Shown here piece after piece: positions 46,979 to 58,053 of a DNA stretch of 64,000 bases. The translations under genes were made by a program, and so were the position numbers. Position 1 is the stretch's first letter; each line of letters starts with the position of its first letter. The notes beneath the pieces are model-generated. The model did no database searches, was not told where the DNA came from, and was given only the letters and a program-made list of their open reading frames with translations. The stretch is taken from contig CAMWON010000003.1 in assembly GCA_947175875.1 (NCBI GenBank), positions 72,746-136,745 on the forward strand, written 5' to 3'. Origin of the DNA: an uncultured Alphaproteobacteria bacterium. GTDB lineage: Bacteria > Pseudomonadota > Alphaproteobacteria > Rs-D84.

Positions 46979-47668
46979 ATGCAGCTGCGCACAATGCCGT
47001 CAAATTCGTTGCAGATGATTGTCTGGCATTATATTGCGTATATGCAAAATGTTGGACTGCCAATCAAAGATGAAGATGTTGTGGATATATTTCTGCATGG
47101 CTCTTCATCAAATTATTATTACGACCCGACCAGCGATATAGATATCTGTATTGTTATGGATATGCGGCGGCTTTCTGATGAATTGCCCGGCATTGATATA
47201 TTTGCGCTGACTACGGCCATGAAAGTTGCATGGCTGCGCAGCCGCAGAATTCGCATATATGGTCGCGGTGTTGATATCAGTATTGTTGACGTGAATCAGC
47301 CGAAGTACGGTCCCGGCATGTACAAGGTCGGTCCGGCGTATTCTTTGCCGCGCGACATGTGGGTTCGGCGTCCCATGCGTCTAAGTAATTCGGAAATTCG
47401 CGTGTTGCGCCGGCGCGCTGGCAAGATATATCGCCGTTATAAAAAATTGTTTCGGGAGTGTTACAAGAATAAAATGTCCGACACGTTTTTGGACACGTTC
47501 CTCTCGCGCCTCTGGTCGGAACGTCGAGAGGCATATTCTTTAAGCCCGCTACAGCCCATCACGCCCGAAACAATGGCGTTCAGAATGATGCGCCGGTGCG
47601 GTGTCTTGAACAAGATAAAGGCGCGCCTGGAAACATTGAAAAATAAAAATTTTACATTGAACGCATAA
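46979..47668 (+). CDS. putative nucleotidyltransferase (Pol-beta superfamily fold)
   Basis: Motif LHGSSSNYYYDPTSDIDICIV fits the NTase h-G-S ... D-h-D-h signature. The start is uncertain because the ORF extends upstream to 46829 into the preceding gene. Confidence 0.45.
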   Translation: MQLRTMPSNSLQMIVWHYIAYMQNVGLPIKDEDVVDIFLHGSSSNYYYDPTSDIDICIVMDMRRLSDELPGIDIFALTTAMKVAWLRSRRIRIYGRGVDISIVDVNQPKYGPGMYKVGPAYSLPRDMWVRRPMRLSNSEIRVLRRRAGKIYRRYKKLFRECYKNKMSDTFLDTFLSRLWSERREAYSLSPLQPITPETMAFRMMRRCGVLNKIKARLETLKNKNFTLNA

Positions 47669-47698
47669 AAAGAAACGCCCGGTCGGGCGTTTCTTTTT
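47667..47698. terminator. bidirectional intrinsic terminator AAAAAGAAACGCCCGGTCGGGCGTTTCTTTTT
   Basis: Perfect extended palindrome between convergent genes. Confidence 0.55.
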
Positions 47699-47714
47699 AT
47701 TTTATAAGCATGGA

Positions 47715-48602
47715 TTAAATGCTGTCGGCATTTATCCAGCGGCCGTTCTGCAACAGACCCGGCGCCATACCCTCGTTGCTGCGCAGGGAATCAATCACAC
47801 TGCGTGCCTGGGCCGCGTTCAGGCCGACAATACGTACCTTGTACAAATCGCCTTCCTTAACAACAACCGCGTTGCCGTATGTGCGCATGCGTGCCGCCAT
47901 GGCGTTCGCGCTGTCTTCGGAATACAGGGCCGCCAGCTGTACGCTGTAATCACCGGCGGGTGCCGCGGCCGGCTGCGGTGCCGGTGTTGTTACCGTTTCC
48001 GTAACGGTTACGGTCTCGGTCACTGTCTGAACCGGTGTCGATGCGCCGATTGTCGCATTTTTTACCTGCATTGACTGTTCCGGCAATACCTGAATCTGAA
48101 TCTTTGCCTGGCCGTTCATGCCAATCTGACGTGCCGCCGCCGGCGACAGGTCCATAATACGAGTGTTAACAAACGGGCCGCGGTTGTTCACGCGAACAAC
48201 GACGGACTGGCCGTTGTCCAAATTCGTTACGCGTGCAATCGTCGGCAGGGGCAGCGTCTTGCTGGTTGCAACCATCTGGTTAACGTCAAACGTTTCACCG
48301 TTGCTGGTTTTTGTGTCGTTCAGTTCGGCCGGGATGATACCCGCAACGCCGGTCTGGTTGTATGTCATGTCTTCGACCGGGATGTACTGAACATCTTCAA
48401 CCTTGTATGCGCTGCCGATATAGTACTTTGGTGCCGCCGCCAACAGGTATGCGTTGTTCAATGTCTGGGAATCGGCCGTTGTAATCAATGTTTCTTCGCC
48501 AAAGCCGTCGGTGCCGTATCCGCCGCCGGTATTGTTGTTCGTGCCGGTTGTACATGCCCCCAGCAATGCGGCCAATGCCGCCAAGGAAACTAATTTTTTC
48601 AT
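47715..48602 (-). CDS. rlpA: RlpA-like lipoprotein with C-terminal SPOR domain
   Basis: Lipobox LLGAC. DPBB-like segment VRVNNRGPFVNTRIMDLSPAAARQIG. The C-terminal region has a SPOR-like pattern (YSVQLAALYSEDSANAMAARM...YKVRIVGL). Confidence 0.6.
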   Translation of the reverse strand: MKKLVSLAALAALLGACTTGTNNNTGGGYGTDGFGEETLITTADSQTLNNAYLLAAAPKYYIGSAYKVEDVQYIPVEDMTYNQTGVAGIIPAELNDTKTSNGETFDVNQMVATSKTLPLPTIARVTNLDNGQSVVVRVNNRGPFVNTRIMDLSPAAARQIGMNGQAKIQIQVLPEQSMQVKNATIGASTPVQTVTETVTVTETVTTPAPQPAAAPAGDYSVQLAALYSEDSANAMAARMRTYGNAVVVKEGDLYKVRIVGLNAAQARSVIDSLRSNEGMAPGLLQNGRWINADSI

Positions 48603-48660
48603 GTGGAACTCCTTACATTCTTAATAAAGATTTTATCACATAAAAAAGCTGGTTTCAACT

Positions 48661-50130
48661 TTATTTTGTGGCGATGCGACGGTTGATTAAGAACGCAATC
48701 GGCAAATATATGACGCCGAATATTGCGATTGCTGCAAACAGTGCCCAAATGCTGGCAATCGGTACGAACCACAGCGCCACGCCCATAACCGCGGACAGTG
48801 CGCCGAACGCCGCAATTGCGCGCAGGGTGCCGCCATATATCCGGACCAGACCGCGCCGGCGGCAGGCCTGTCCCAACAGGTAATTCTTTAAATACCCGCT
48901 GATTACGATTCCGACCGGAATCGCCAAGTATCCGATAAGCGGAAACGCTGCAACGTATATGGCTGCCGCCCCCCCCAGAGATACCATGCTGGTCTGTACC
49001 GGTGTCTTTACATCCTGGCTGGCGTACAGTGTCTTGCTGTAAATCTGGCTGACCAGCATCGCTGGCAATACGAACACCTGAATCATAATCGCCATCGCCA
49101 CGGCATGGGTCGATGCGGACGTCCATGCGCCGTATTCGAACAGGTATTTGATAATAGGCTCGGCCAATACGAACAGGCCCGCCACGCACGGCATCAACAG
49201 CATCAGCGACCGCCGCATGGACGAATTTTGCTGAATATATACGCTGCGCATGTTTTTGTCAGCCAACGCATTTGATATCGACGACATCAAAACGGTCCCC
49301 ACCGCCAGTCCAATCATCGCAAACGGCAACTGTACGATGCGGTCGGAATAGTACAGCCATGATACGGCGCCGCTTTGGAAACTGGCGACCAGTGTGCCGA
49401 CGATAATTGTTATTTGGTAAAATCCGCTGCCGACGATGCTGATGCTTAAGCGCTTCAACATGCTTTTTATCCCCGGGGTCCAGCGCGGAATAACCAGACG
49501 CAGCCCGAAATGCTTGCGGCGAATGCGGTGCCATAATACGGCCACCTGAATCACGCCGGACAAAACGACCGTTCCCGCCATAATGTACAGAATGGTTCCC
49601 GGGGCGTAAAACGAGCTAAGCAACAATGCGCCGATTAGCATTATGTTTAACAGTACCGGCATAAACGCGGCCAACAGAAAGCGCGAAAACGCGTTCAGCA
49701 CCGCTGACAGGAACGCGGCCGCGCATACGAATATCACATACACGAACATTATGCGCGATATGACAACGGTCAGTTCCATCTTGCCCGGATCGGCGTCAAA
49801 TCCCGGCGCCAGCATCCATATGACCAGCGGCATGAATATTTCGAACAGCAACGCAATCCCCAGCAGACTAAGCGCCAGCCACGAGAAAACATTCTTGGCA
49901 AACCCCTCGTCCTTTTTTGAATCCGCATACATCGGGATGAATATTGACGACAGGGCGCCTTCGCCCAGCAAATCCCGAAACAGATTCGGCAGCTTAAACG
50001 CCGCCAGGAATATATCGGACAGTCGTCCCGCGCCCAAAACGCGTGCGATTAACATGTCGCGAACAAAGCCGAATATACGGCTGACGCCGGTCATGGCGCC
50101 AACCCCGAAAATATGTTTGCCTAGTTTCAT
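48661..50130 (-). CDS. murJ: lipid II flippase MurJ
   Basis: MurJ/MviN N-terminal signature MTGVSRIFGFVRDMLIARVLGAG and 14 TM helices. Confidence 0.9.
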   Translation of the reverse strand: MKLGKHIFGVGAMTGVSRIFGFVRDMLIARVLGAGRLSDIFLAAFKLPNLFRDLLGEGALSSIFIPMYADSKKDEGFAKNVFSWLALSLLGIALLFEIFMPLVIWMLAPGFDADPGKMELTVVISRIMFVYVIFVCAAAFLSAVLNAFSRFLLAAFMPVLLNIMLIGALLLSSFYAPGTILYIMAGTVVLSGVIQVAVLWHRIRRKHFGLRLVIPRWTPGIKSMLKRLSISIVGSGFYQITIIVGTLVASFQSGAVSWLYYSDRIVQLPFAMIGLAVGTVLMSSISNALADKNMRSVYIQQNSSMRRSLMLLMPCVAGLFVLAEPIIKYLFEYGAWTSASTHAVAMAIMIQVFVLPAMLVSQIYSKTLYASQDVKTPVQTSMVSLGGAAAIYVAAFPLIGYLAIPVGIVISGYLKNYLLGQACRRRGLVRIYGGTLRAIAAFGALSAVMGVALWFVPIASIWALFAAIAIFGVIYLPIAFLINRRIATK

Positions 50131-50183
50131 GGAATGGATTATACTGCCCTTTGTAAAATAAAATCAAGACAGGAATGAAACCA

Positions 50184-50924
50184 ATGAAGAAAATATTGTG
50201 TCTGTTTTTGGTGGGCGCCACTTTGGCGGCGTGCGGCGGCAAAAAGACCGAGATTATGGTTGAAGAGCCGCTGGAACAGATATATCAGCGCGCATATGAT
50301 GAATTTAACAAAAAGCATTACGAGCAGGCGGCGGCCGAGTTCTTAAAGGCCGAAACGCAATACCCGTCCAGTCCGTGGGCGGCCGATGCGCTGGTAATGG
50401 CGGCATATTCCCAGTATCTGGACAAGGATTTTGCCGGTGCCATTCTTGCGGCGGACCGTTTTATGCGATTCCACCCGGGGCACCCGGACGTTCCGTATGT
50501 TCTGTACCTGCGCGGAATGTGCTATTACCGCCAGGTCAGCGACGTTCGCCGTGAACCGGGCATGTCCACATACGCCCTGCAACAGTTTCAGCAGCTGGTC
50601 CAGCGCTTCCCAAAGAGCCCGTATGCCAAAAACGCCGAAAATAAAATCGTTATCCTAAAGAATTATATTGCGGGCAAGGTCATGTATGCCGCGCGCGAGG
50701 ATATGCAGCGCCAGAACTGGCCGTCGGCGATTTCGCGGCTTCAGTCTGTCGTGGCCGATGCCCAGGAGACGGTCATGACGCCGGAGGCGCTTTATCGCCT
50801 GTCGGAATGTTATACTGCCATCGGTGTGCCCAGCCAGTCTGCCGGATATTCACAAATGTTAAAGTTGAATTTCCCGGATAATGACTGGACCAAAAAACTG
50901 GAAGACAAATCGGACGAACTGTAA
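50184..50924 (+). CDS. bamD: outer membrane protein assembly factor BamD
   Basis: Lipobox LAAC. The TPR-like repeats have the BamD/YfiO pattern (YQRAYDEFNKKHYEQAAAEF...). Confidence 0.75.
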   Translation: MKKILCLFLVGATLAACGGKKTEIMVEEPLEQIYQRAYDEFNKKHYEQAAAEFLKAETQYPSSPWAADALVMAAYSQYLDKDFAGAILAADRFMRFHPGHPDVPYVLYLRGMCYYRQVSDVRREPGMSTYALQQFQQLVQRFPKSPYAKNAENKIVILKNYIAGKVMYAAREDMQRQNWPSAISRLQSVVADAQETVMTPEALYRLSECYTAIGVPSQSAGYSQMLKLNFPDNDWTKKLEDKSDEL

Positions 50925-50925
50925 T

Positions 50926-50960
50926 AAAAAAATCCGGCCATGCGCTGGATTTTTTATTTT
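50926..50960. terminator. intrinsic terminator
   Basis: AAAAAAATCCGGCCATGCGCTGGATTTTTTATTTT, a hairpin plus T-run after bamD. Confidence 0.45.
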
Positions 50961-50979
50961 TATGTGCTATTGTTGGGGC

Positions 50980-51873
50980 ATGACACAGACATATTCAGGA
51001 TTTATTGCAATCGTGGGTCCGACAAATGCCGGAAAAAGCACGCTGATTAACCAAATAATGGGGCGCAAGGTCTCGATTGTCTCGCACAAGGTGCAGACGA
51101 CGCGCACCCGCCTGCGGGCGATTAAAATGGTGGGCGACCGCCAGTTGATATTTGTCGACACGCCCGGCGTGTTTAAGCCCGGCCGCCGTCTGGACCGCGC
51201 AATGGTCGGCGCGGCGATGGACGCGGTTGCCGACGCGGACGCCGTTTTGCTGATTATGGACGCTCAAAAGGGTGTGACAAACACAATTCGTGAACTGACC
51301 CAAAAAATCAAAGGCCGCCAAAATCTGTTTGTTGCATTGAACAAGGTTGACGCCGTACGCAAGCAGGACTTGTTGCCGATTGTTGCGGAGTTGTCCGCAT
51401 TGGCCGAATTCAAAGAAATATTTATGATTTCCGCATTGAAAAACGACGGCGTCGCGCAGATGCTGACGGCGTTGTCCGCCGTAATGCCGGAAAGTCCTTA
51501 TTTGTTTGACGCGGTTGACGCGTCCGATGTTCCGGACGAACTGTATCTGGCGGAATTGACGCGTGAAAAGGTTTATAAATATATTCATCAGGAATTGCCG
51601 TATCATATCAATGTTGTGACCGAACGCGTTGATGTTGACCCGGAGGGTGTCTTGGACATCTACCAGAAAATCGTTGTGCAAAACGACGCGCATAAAAAGA
51701 TTGTAATCGGTCGCGGCGGGGCGCAGTTAAAGCAGATTGGCATGGCCGCCCGCCATGATATTCAGAATCAGTGGGGGGTGAACGCGCGCCTGCACCTGTT
51801 TGTGCGTGTGGAACCCGATTGGGAAAACAAGGCCGAAAACTATACCGACCAAGGCTTGGAGTTTAAAAAATGA
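50980..51873 (+). CDS. era: GTPase Era
   Basis: G1 GPTNAGKST, G3 DTPG, G4 NKVD and a C-terminal KH domain. The start is set at the internal ATG at 50980 after the bamD terminator. Confidence 0.9.
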   Translation: MTQTYSGFIAIVGPTNAGKSTLINQIMGRKVSIVSHKVQTTRTRLRAIKMVGDRQLIFVDTPGVFKPGRRLDRAMVGAAMDAVADADAVLLIMDAQKGVTNTIRELTQKIKGRQNLFVALNKVDAVRKQDLLPIVAELSALAEFKEIFMISALKNDGVAQMLTALSAVMPESPYLFDAVDASDVPDELYLAELTREKVYKYIHQELPYHINVVTERVDVDPEGVLDIYQKIVVQNDAHKKIVIGRGGAQLKQIGMAARHDIQNQWGVNARLHLFVRVEPDWENKAENYTDQGLEFKK

Positions 51874-52307
51874 TGGAAAAAGAAAATTTTAATGCGGGCA
51901 TGGTTGTGTTTGTGGTGCCGTTTGCTGCGCTCATAGTAGGGGCAATGGCGTTTGCAAAATGTGATTCAGACAACCGCAACGATGATTATATAATCACTGA
52001 CAAGGGCGCAAACAAAATCGTGTATCATTCCATTGCGAACCCCGGCGTCAATCATGTCATGACGTTTGATGGCGATACCGTGTTCCGCGCGGGCGGATTT
52101 TATCCGTATTTAAATGTTGGGGATACCATTCATGGAAATACGCGTTTTATGAATGACCCGGTAAATAATTCTTGGTATTATCAAGGCTTGCGGCCGCCGG
52201 TCCCGATGACTACAATACGCACGGCGAACGGTCGTACATTGAATGAATTGCGCGAAATTGCCCGCCGCGACAGCCTGATGCGGGAAATAAAAACGAAACA
52301 AAGATAA
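51870..52307 (+). CDS. hypothetical membrane-anchored protein
   Basis: N-terminal TM (GMVVFVVPFAALIVGAMAFA). Overlaps the era stop, so it is probably operonic. Confidence 0.4.
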   Translation: MMEKENFNAGMVVFVVPFAALIVGAMAFAKCDSDNRNDDYIITDKGANKIVYHSIANPGVNHVMTFDGDTVFRAGGFYPYLNVGDTIHGNTRFMNDPVNNSWYYQGLRPPVPMTTIRTANGRTLNELREIARRDSLMREIKTKQR

Positions 52308-52309
52308 AA

Positions 52310-53338
52310 ATGCTGCATACCTCTGATTTTGATTTTGAACTGCCGCCGGAATTGATTGCCGGATGTCCTTTGGAACGCCGTGACGCCTCGCGTATGCTGG
52401 TGGTGGACGGGCCGCGCATATCTGACCGGCACATTCGTGATTTTTTGGAATTTATCCGCCCCGGCGACGTGGTTGTGTTTAATAATTCCAAGGTTATACC
52501 CGCGCGCTTCATGGCGGCGGGTCATGAAATAACGCTGCATACCGCCGAAAATAAAAAAGTATGGTGGGGGCTGTGTAAAAAGTTCACACGTATACCCATC
52601 GGGACAAAGTTGGAACTGGAAAACGGCGTTATGATAAAGGTTCTGGATAAAAATTCCGAAAGCGGTATAAAAATACGATTTCTGTGCGACGACGTTTTTG
52701 AAACCTTGAACCAGGTCGGCAAAATGCCTTTGCCGCCATACATGCGTCGCGAAGAACAGGCCGCTGATCGTGAACGCTATCAGACTGTGTATGCCGACCC
52801 GGTGGGGTCGATGGCGGCGCCGACGGCGGGCCTGCATTTCACGCCGGAATTGATGTCGGAAATAGAGGCGCGCGGCGCAAAAATCGTAAAGGTAACCCTG
52901 CACGTCGGGGCGGGCACATGGATGCCGGTCAAGACCGAGGATTTGTCCCAGCATAAAATGCACAGCGAATGGTGCTGTATTACCGAAGAGCAGGCCGCGA
53001 TAATAAACAACGCCACGCGTGTAATTGCGGTTGGAACAACGTCGATGCGAACACTGGAAAGTGCGGCAATGGACGCCGGTAATGACGGGGCGGGCGGGCG
53101 TGTCGTGCCGATATGCCGAAATACAAATATATTTATAACGCCGGGCTATAAATTCCGTGCAACGGATGTTTTGCTTACGAATTTTCATCTGCCGAAATCC
53201 ACGTTGTTTATGCTGGTGTCGGCGTTTGCGGGGCTGGAAAACATGCGTGCGGCATACCGGCACGCAATCGATGAAAAATATCGCTTTTTCTCGTACGGGG
53301 ATTGTTGCCTATTATTCAAACAGGAACAGGAGGGTTAG
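52310..53338 (+). CDS. queA: S-adenosylmethionine:tRNA ribosyltransferase-isomerase
   Basis: QueA N-terminal signature MLHTSDFDFELPPELIA..PLERRDASRMLVV. Confidence 0.9.
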   Translation: MLHTSDFDFELPPELIAGCPLERRDASRMLVVDGPRISDRHIRDFLEFIRPGDVVVFNNSKVIPARFMAAGHEITLHTAENKKVWWGLCKKFTRIPIGTKLELENGVMIKVLDKNSESGIKIRFLCDDVFETLNQVGKMPLPPYMRREEQAADRERYQTVYADPVGSMAAPTAGLHFTPELMSEIEARGAKIVKVTLHVGAGTWMPVKTEDLSQHKMHSEWCCITEEQAAIINNATRVIAVGTTSMRTLESAAMDAGNDGAGGRVVPICRNTNIFITPGYKFRATDVLLTNFHLPKSTLFMLVSAFAGLENMRAAYRHAIDEKYRFFSYGDCCLLFKQEQEG

Positions 53339-53340
53339 AA

Positions 53341-53721
53341 ATGCCGGTTTTATTACGTTTGTTGGCAAATCCAAAATTGTTGGCGCGCTTTATGCGGACC
53401 AAGGCCGGGCGCAAGGCGGCGCTGAAATACGGCACAATGCTGGTAAATTCAAAAACGGCGCAGGATTCCGTTAAAAAGTTTTTAAATAAAAACGGCCGTG
53501 ACCGGCAGTTTGCCGCATCCGAGAAAAAATATAACGAATTACAGGCAAAGATTGACGCCCTGCAGACACAGGTGGACGCCCGAAACGCAACGGATGCGCA
53601 GCTGCAGACGGCGACATTTACGCTTGGCCGCCAGGTGGTGGAGATGCAACGCCTCTACGCCCAACTGCAGCAACAGTTGCAACAGATGCAGCTGGCCATG
53701 GCCGCCGCCCGCGTACGCTAA
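53341..53721 (+). CDS. hypothetical coiled-coil protein
   Basis: Gln/Leu-rich heptad region (LQTQVDARNATDAQLQ...LQQQLQQMQL). Lies between queA and tgt. Confidence 0.4.
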   Translation: MPVLLRLLANPKLLARFMRTKAGRKAALKYGTMLVNSKTAQDSVKKFLNKNGRDRQFAASEKKYNELQAKIDALQTQVDARNATDAQLQTATFTLGRQVVEMQRLYAQLQQQLQQMQLAMAAARVR

Positions 53722-53731
53722 TTTTAAGTAG

Positions 53732-54859
<1,128 letters not shown>

Positions 54860-54885
54860 TATCTCTATCAAGGAAAGGAGAAACA

Positions 54886-55917
54886 ATGGCACGTAAAAAG
54901 AAAGAAGTCGAGGTAATCGACCACGGTGGCGCCAAGACTGTCGCAAAAAAGACGTCTTATGTCACGCGTGTTAAGCAAATATTTGCTGTTATAACCGTGA
55001 TATGGCTGGCGCTGGTAATATGGGCGCCGTTGCACGTGAAAAACACGTATTCACAGCCGATAAAGAAATCAATCGTCGTATCAATGTTCTTTGACCTGCA
55101 GCGCAATATCGTGGAACAGTATGAAAAATTGCTGGACGGGATAAAAGACGCCATTAACTTGGAAAAGCCTGTTGCCTTTGCAATCGACAAAGTAAAAATG
55201 GCCCAAGGCGCGGTTGACAAAGTGACCGACACCACGGCCCAGGCCAAGGAAGTGACCGCCAAGGCGCACGAAAGTAATGCCAAGACCAAGGAAACGACTG
55301 CGGGTCTGAAACGGTTAAGCGGCGTTGCGGGCAAGTTCGGAATAAATACCGGTGGCATAGACAGTGCACTGGACAAGGTCGATGAAAATGTTGACAAGGT
55401 TGATGCGGCCGTGGGCAAAGCGGACCAGGCCATCGCCAAAGTTGACGATGTCGCCGCCAAGGTTAATGCCCAGCTGGACAAGGTTGAAAATGATTTGACC
55501 GCATTACTGCAGGTTGAATTTGATAAAATGATAGACGAGGCCATAAAGAACCAGCTGGATAAAAACACCGGCGGTTTGGGGACGACATTGCTGACCAACT
55601 ACGGAATAAAGCACGTGTATCCGTGGCGTCCGTCGTCCTGGCCGGTCGCGACCAAGATTTACAATGACCTGGCAAAATCGGACGTGACGGTTATTACCAT
55701 TATAACGGACACGGTTGATAAATATTTCGGCTATGTCGCATGGGGCTTGGTCGCGGCGGCATGGATTGCAGGTTTGTACATCTGGTTAATGGTAAAGAAA
55801 AAGGTCAAGATGATGATTGCGCCGTTCCAGGTATGTCCGCGTTGTGGCCATACGTTTGTGGACAAGCGTGGTGCAATGAACTTCATAAAGATGTTGCAGC
55901 CCTGGAAATGGTTCTGA
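54886..55917 (+). CDS. hypothetical membrane protein with coiled-coil region and C-terminal CPRCGH zinc-ribbon-like motif
   Basis: Two TM helices flanking a long Ala/Lys/Asp-rich helical segment. Confidence 0.45.
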   Translation: MARKKKEVEVIDHGGAKTVAKKTSYVTRVKQIFAVITVIWLALVIWAPLHVKNTYSQPIKKSIVVSMFFDLQRNIVEQYEKLLDGIKDAINLEKPVAFAIDKVKMAQGAVDKVTDTTAQAKEVTAKAHESNAKTKETTAGLKRLSGVAGKFGINTGGIDSALDKVDENVDKVDAAVGKADQAIAKVDDVAAKVNAQLDKVENDLTALLQVEFDKMIDEAIKNQLDKNTGGLGTTLLTNYGIKHVYPWRPSSWPVATKIYNDLAKSDVTVITIITDTVDKYFGYVAWGLVAAAWIAGLYIWLMVKKKVKMMIAPFQVCPRCGHTFVDKRGAMNFIKMLQPWKWF

Positions 55918-56007
55918 TGAAATGGTGTTGATAAAGGCCGCCTATGCGGCTTTTATCTTGAAGATTTTCGCATAATAGATTATTGGTATATTAAAAAGAG
56001 GTATTTT

Positions 56008-56307
56008 ATGATTGAGCCAAAAGATGTAAAAATTACAACCCCTTCTGTTAATGCAAAAGTAAAGATGGTAACATGTCCCTTTAAAGATTCCATCCGTGTG
56101 AAGTCTGTATGGGGTGGGCGACAATGGATTATTCTTGGGTGTGCAATTGCGATTTTGTTTGAATTATCAAATATCAATGCAAAGATTGGCGAGTCTAATG
56201 CATTAAAAGAAGAAGAAATAAAGGTAAAGAAAGAGCAGGTTCAGCTTGCGCGCCGCCAGTTGGCGATGGATTCCATGGCTTTGGAACAAAATCGCAAAAT
56301 TCGATAA
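56008..56307 (+). CDS. small hypothetical membrane protein
   Basis: 99-aa ORF with one TM (WIILGCAIAILF). Coding status is uncertain. Confidence 0.35.
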   Translation: MIEPKDVKITTPSVNAKVKMVTCPFKDSIRVKSVWGGRQWIILGCAIAILFELSNINAKIGESNALKEEEIKVKKEQVQLARRQLAMDSMALEQNRKIR

Positions 56308-56355
56308 AAAATACTTGCATTGGTAAAAAATATGTGTAAAAATACATTCCGCAGT

Positions 56356-56432
56356 GCGAGCGTAGCTCAGTTGGCTAGAGCGCAACCTTGCCAAGGTTGA
56401 GGTCGAGGGTTCGAGCCCCTTTGCTCGCACCA
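56356..56432 (+). tRNA. tRNA-Gly (anticodon GCC)
   Basis: GCGAGCGTAGCTCAGTTGG...ACCTTGCCAAGGT...GGTTCGAGCCC...GCTCGCACCA matches the tRNA-Gly(GCC) pattern. Confidence 0.85.
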
Positions 56433-56567
56433 AAGTTTAAAGGTCAAAGTACAATGAAATTAAATTTGAAAAAAATTTTGAATTGATACGTGCGACCATC
56501 AAAAGAAATAATGACGGACGCACTTTTCGGCGTCCGTTTTTTTAGTCCGCATCAAAAGGGAAAAGAT

Positions 56568-58034
56568 ATGTCAGAAAACAAAACAATGTCCACCAATGAA
56601 TTGGAAGCGCGCCTGCAAAAGGCTGAAAATATTCGTGCACGCGACGGCGTTGTTTGGAAAGACAAATTTGACCGCAGCGCAACCATCGCCGCGGCGCGCG
56701 AAATGGCGGACGGCGCGCCGGTGCGCTTGGCCGGACGTGTTACGGCGCTGCGTTGGCTGGGCAAGCTGATGTTCGGGCGTATCTATGACATTGACGGGGA
56801 AATTCAGTTTTCCATGTCCCGTGAAGAACTGGGCGAGGAAACATATCGTTTTATGAAGGCCAATGTCGATTTGGGCGACTTTATCGGCATCACCGGCGAA
56901 CTGTATCATACCACGGCGGGCGAATTGACCGTAAAGGTGTCGCATTATGATATTTTGTCCAAGGCTTTACGTCCGTTGCCGGAAAAGTTCCACGGCCTGA
57001 CTGATATGGAAACCCGTTACCGCCAGCGTTATTTGGACATCATCGCCAATGAAGACACGCGCCGCACGATGAAGATGCGTTTTCGCATGCTGCGCCTGAT
57101 ACGCGATTATTTGAACGACAACGGTTTTGTAGAGGTTGAAACCCCCATTATGCAGGTTGTGGCCAGCGGTGCCGCCGCGCGCCCGTTCGTCACGCACCAC
57201 AATGCGTTGGATGCCGACTTTTATCTGCGCATTGCGCCGGAATTGTTTTTAAAGCAGACGATTGCCGCCGGTTTCGACCGTGTGTTTGAACTGGGCAAAA
57301 ATTTCCGCAACGAGGGCATGGACGCCATGCACCTTCAGGAATTCACAATGCTGGAATGGTACGCTGCATATTGGGATTTTCGCAAGAACATAGATTTCTC
57401 GTGGAAGATGATTCAGAAAATCATCATGGATTTGCGCGGAACTTTGGAAATAGAATACCAGGGCACAAAACTGGACTTTTCGCGTTACGAAGAAATCGAT
57501 TACACCGCGCGCATGAACGAGCTGTTGGGTGTGGATATTTTGGAATTCAAAGACGCCGACGTGTTAAAGAAAAACCTGGCTGCGGCCGGCATGTTCCCGG
57601 CGGACGAATTGGAACCTTTAAAATCCGTCCCTGCCATTGTGGACTATGTGTTCAAGCGCAAGGTTCGCGACCAGATTATTAATCCTGCGATTGTTTATAA
57701 CTATCCGGCATACATGATACCGCTGGCACGTCGCAATGATGCGGACGGTCGTCGCATAGACATATTCCAGTTAATTGTATGCGGTGCGGAATTGATAAAG
57801 GCGTATTCCGAATTGGTAGACCCCATTATTCAGCGTGCGGCATTCGAAGAGCAGGCCCGCAACAAGGCCGCCGGCGACGACGAGGCGTTTGACCTGGACG
57901 AGGACTTCCTGCGCGCCATGGAGCACGGCATGCCGCCCATCTCAGGGCTGGGGCTGGGGATTGACCGATTCTTTTCAATCATCGCGGACGCGCCGACGCT
58001 GCGCGACGTGATATTGTTCCCAATTATGAAGTAA
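56568..58034 (+). CDS. lysS: lysine--tRNA ligase (class II)
   Basis: Class II motifs, N-terminal OB fold, and the lysS-typical FRNEG motif 2. The start is at the ATG at 56568 with an AAGG RBS. Confidence 0.9.
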   Translation: MSENKTMSTNELEARLQKAENIRARDGVVWKDKFDRSATIAAAREMADGAPVRLAGRVTALRWLGKLMFGRIYDIDGEIQFSMSREELGEETYRFMKANVDLGDFIGITGELYHTTAGELTVKVSHYDILSKALRPLPEKFHGLTDMETRYRQRYLDIIANEDTRRTMKMRFRMLRLIRDYLNDNGFVEVETPIMQVVASGAAARPFVTHHNALDADFYLRIAPELFLKQTIAAGFDRVFELGKNFRNEGMDAMHLQEFTMLEWYAAYWDFRKNIDFSWKMIQKIIMDLRGTLEIEYQGTKLDFSRYEEIDYTARMNELLGVDILEFKDADVLKKNLAAAGMFPADELEPLKSVPAIVDYVFKRKVRDQIINPAIVYNYPAYMIPLARRNDADGRRIDIFQLIVCGAELIKAYSELVDPIIQRAAFEEQARNKAAGDDEAFDLDEDFLRAMEHGMPPISGLGLGIDRFFSIIADAPTLRDVILFPIMK

Positions 58035-58053
58035 GGAAACAAAGGGGCTTTAT

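Noticed and set aside
52181-53263. 360-aa minus-strand ORF antisense to queA
   Set aside because: Arg/His/Cys-rich nonsense composition. queA on the plus strand has canonical conserved motifs.
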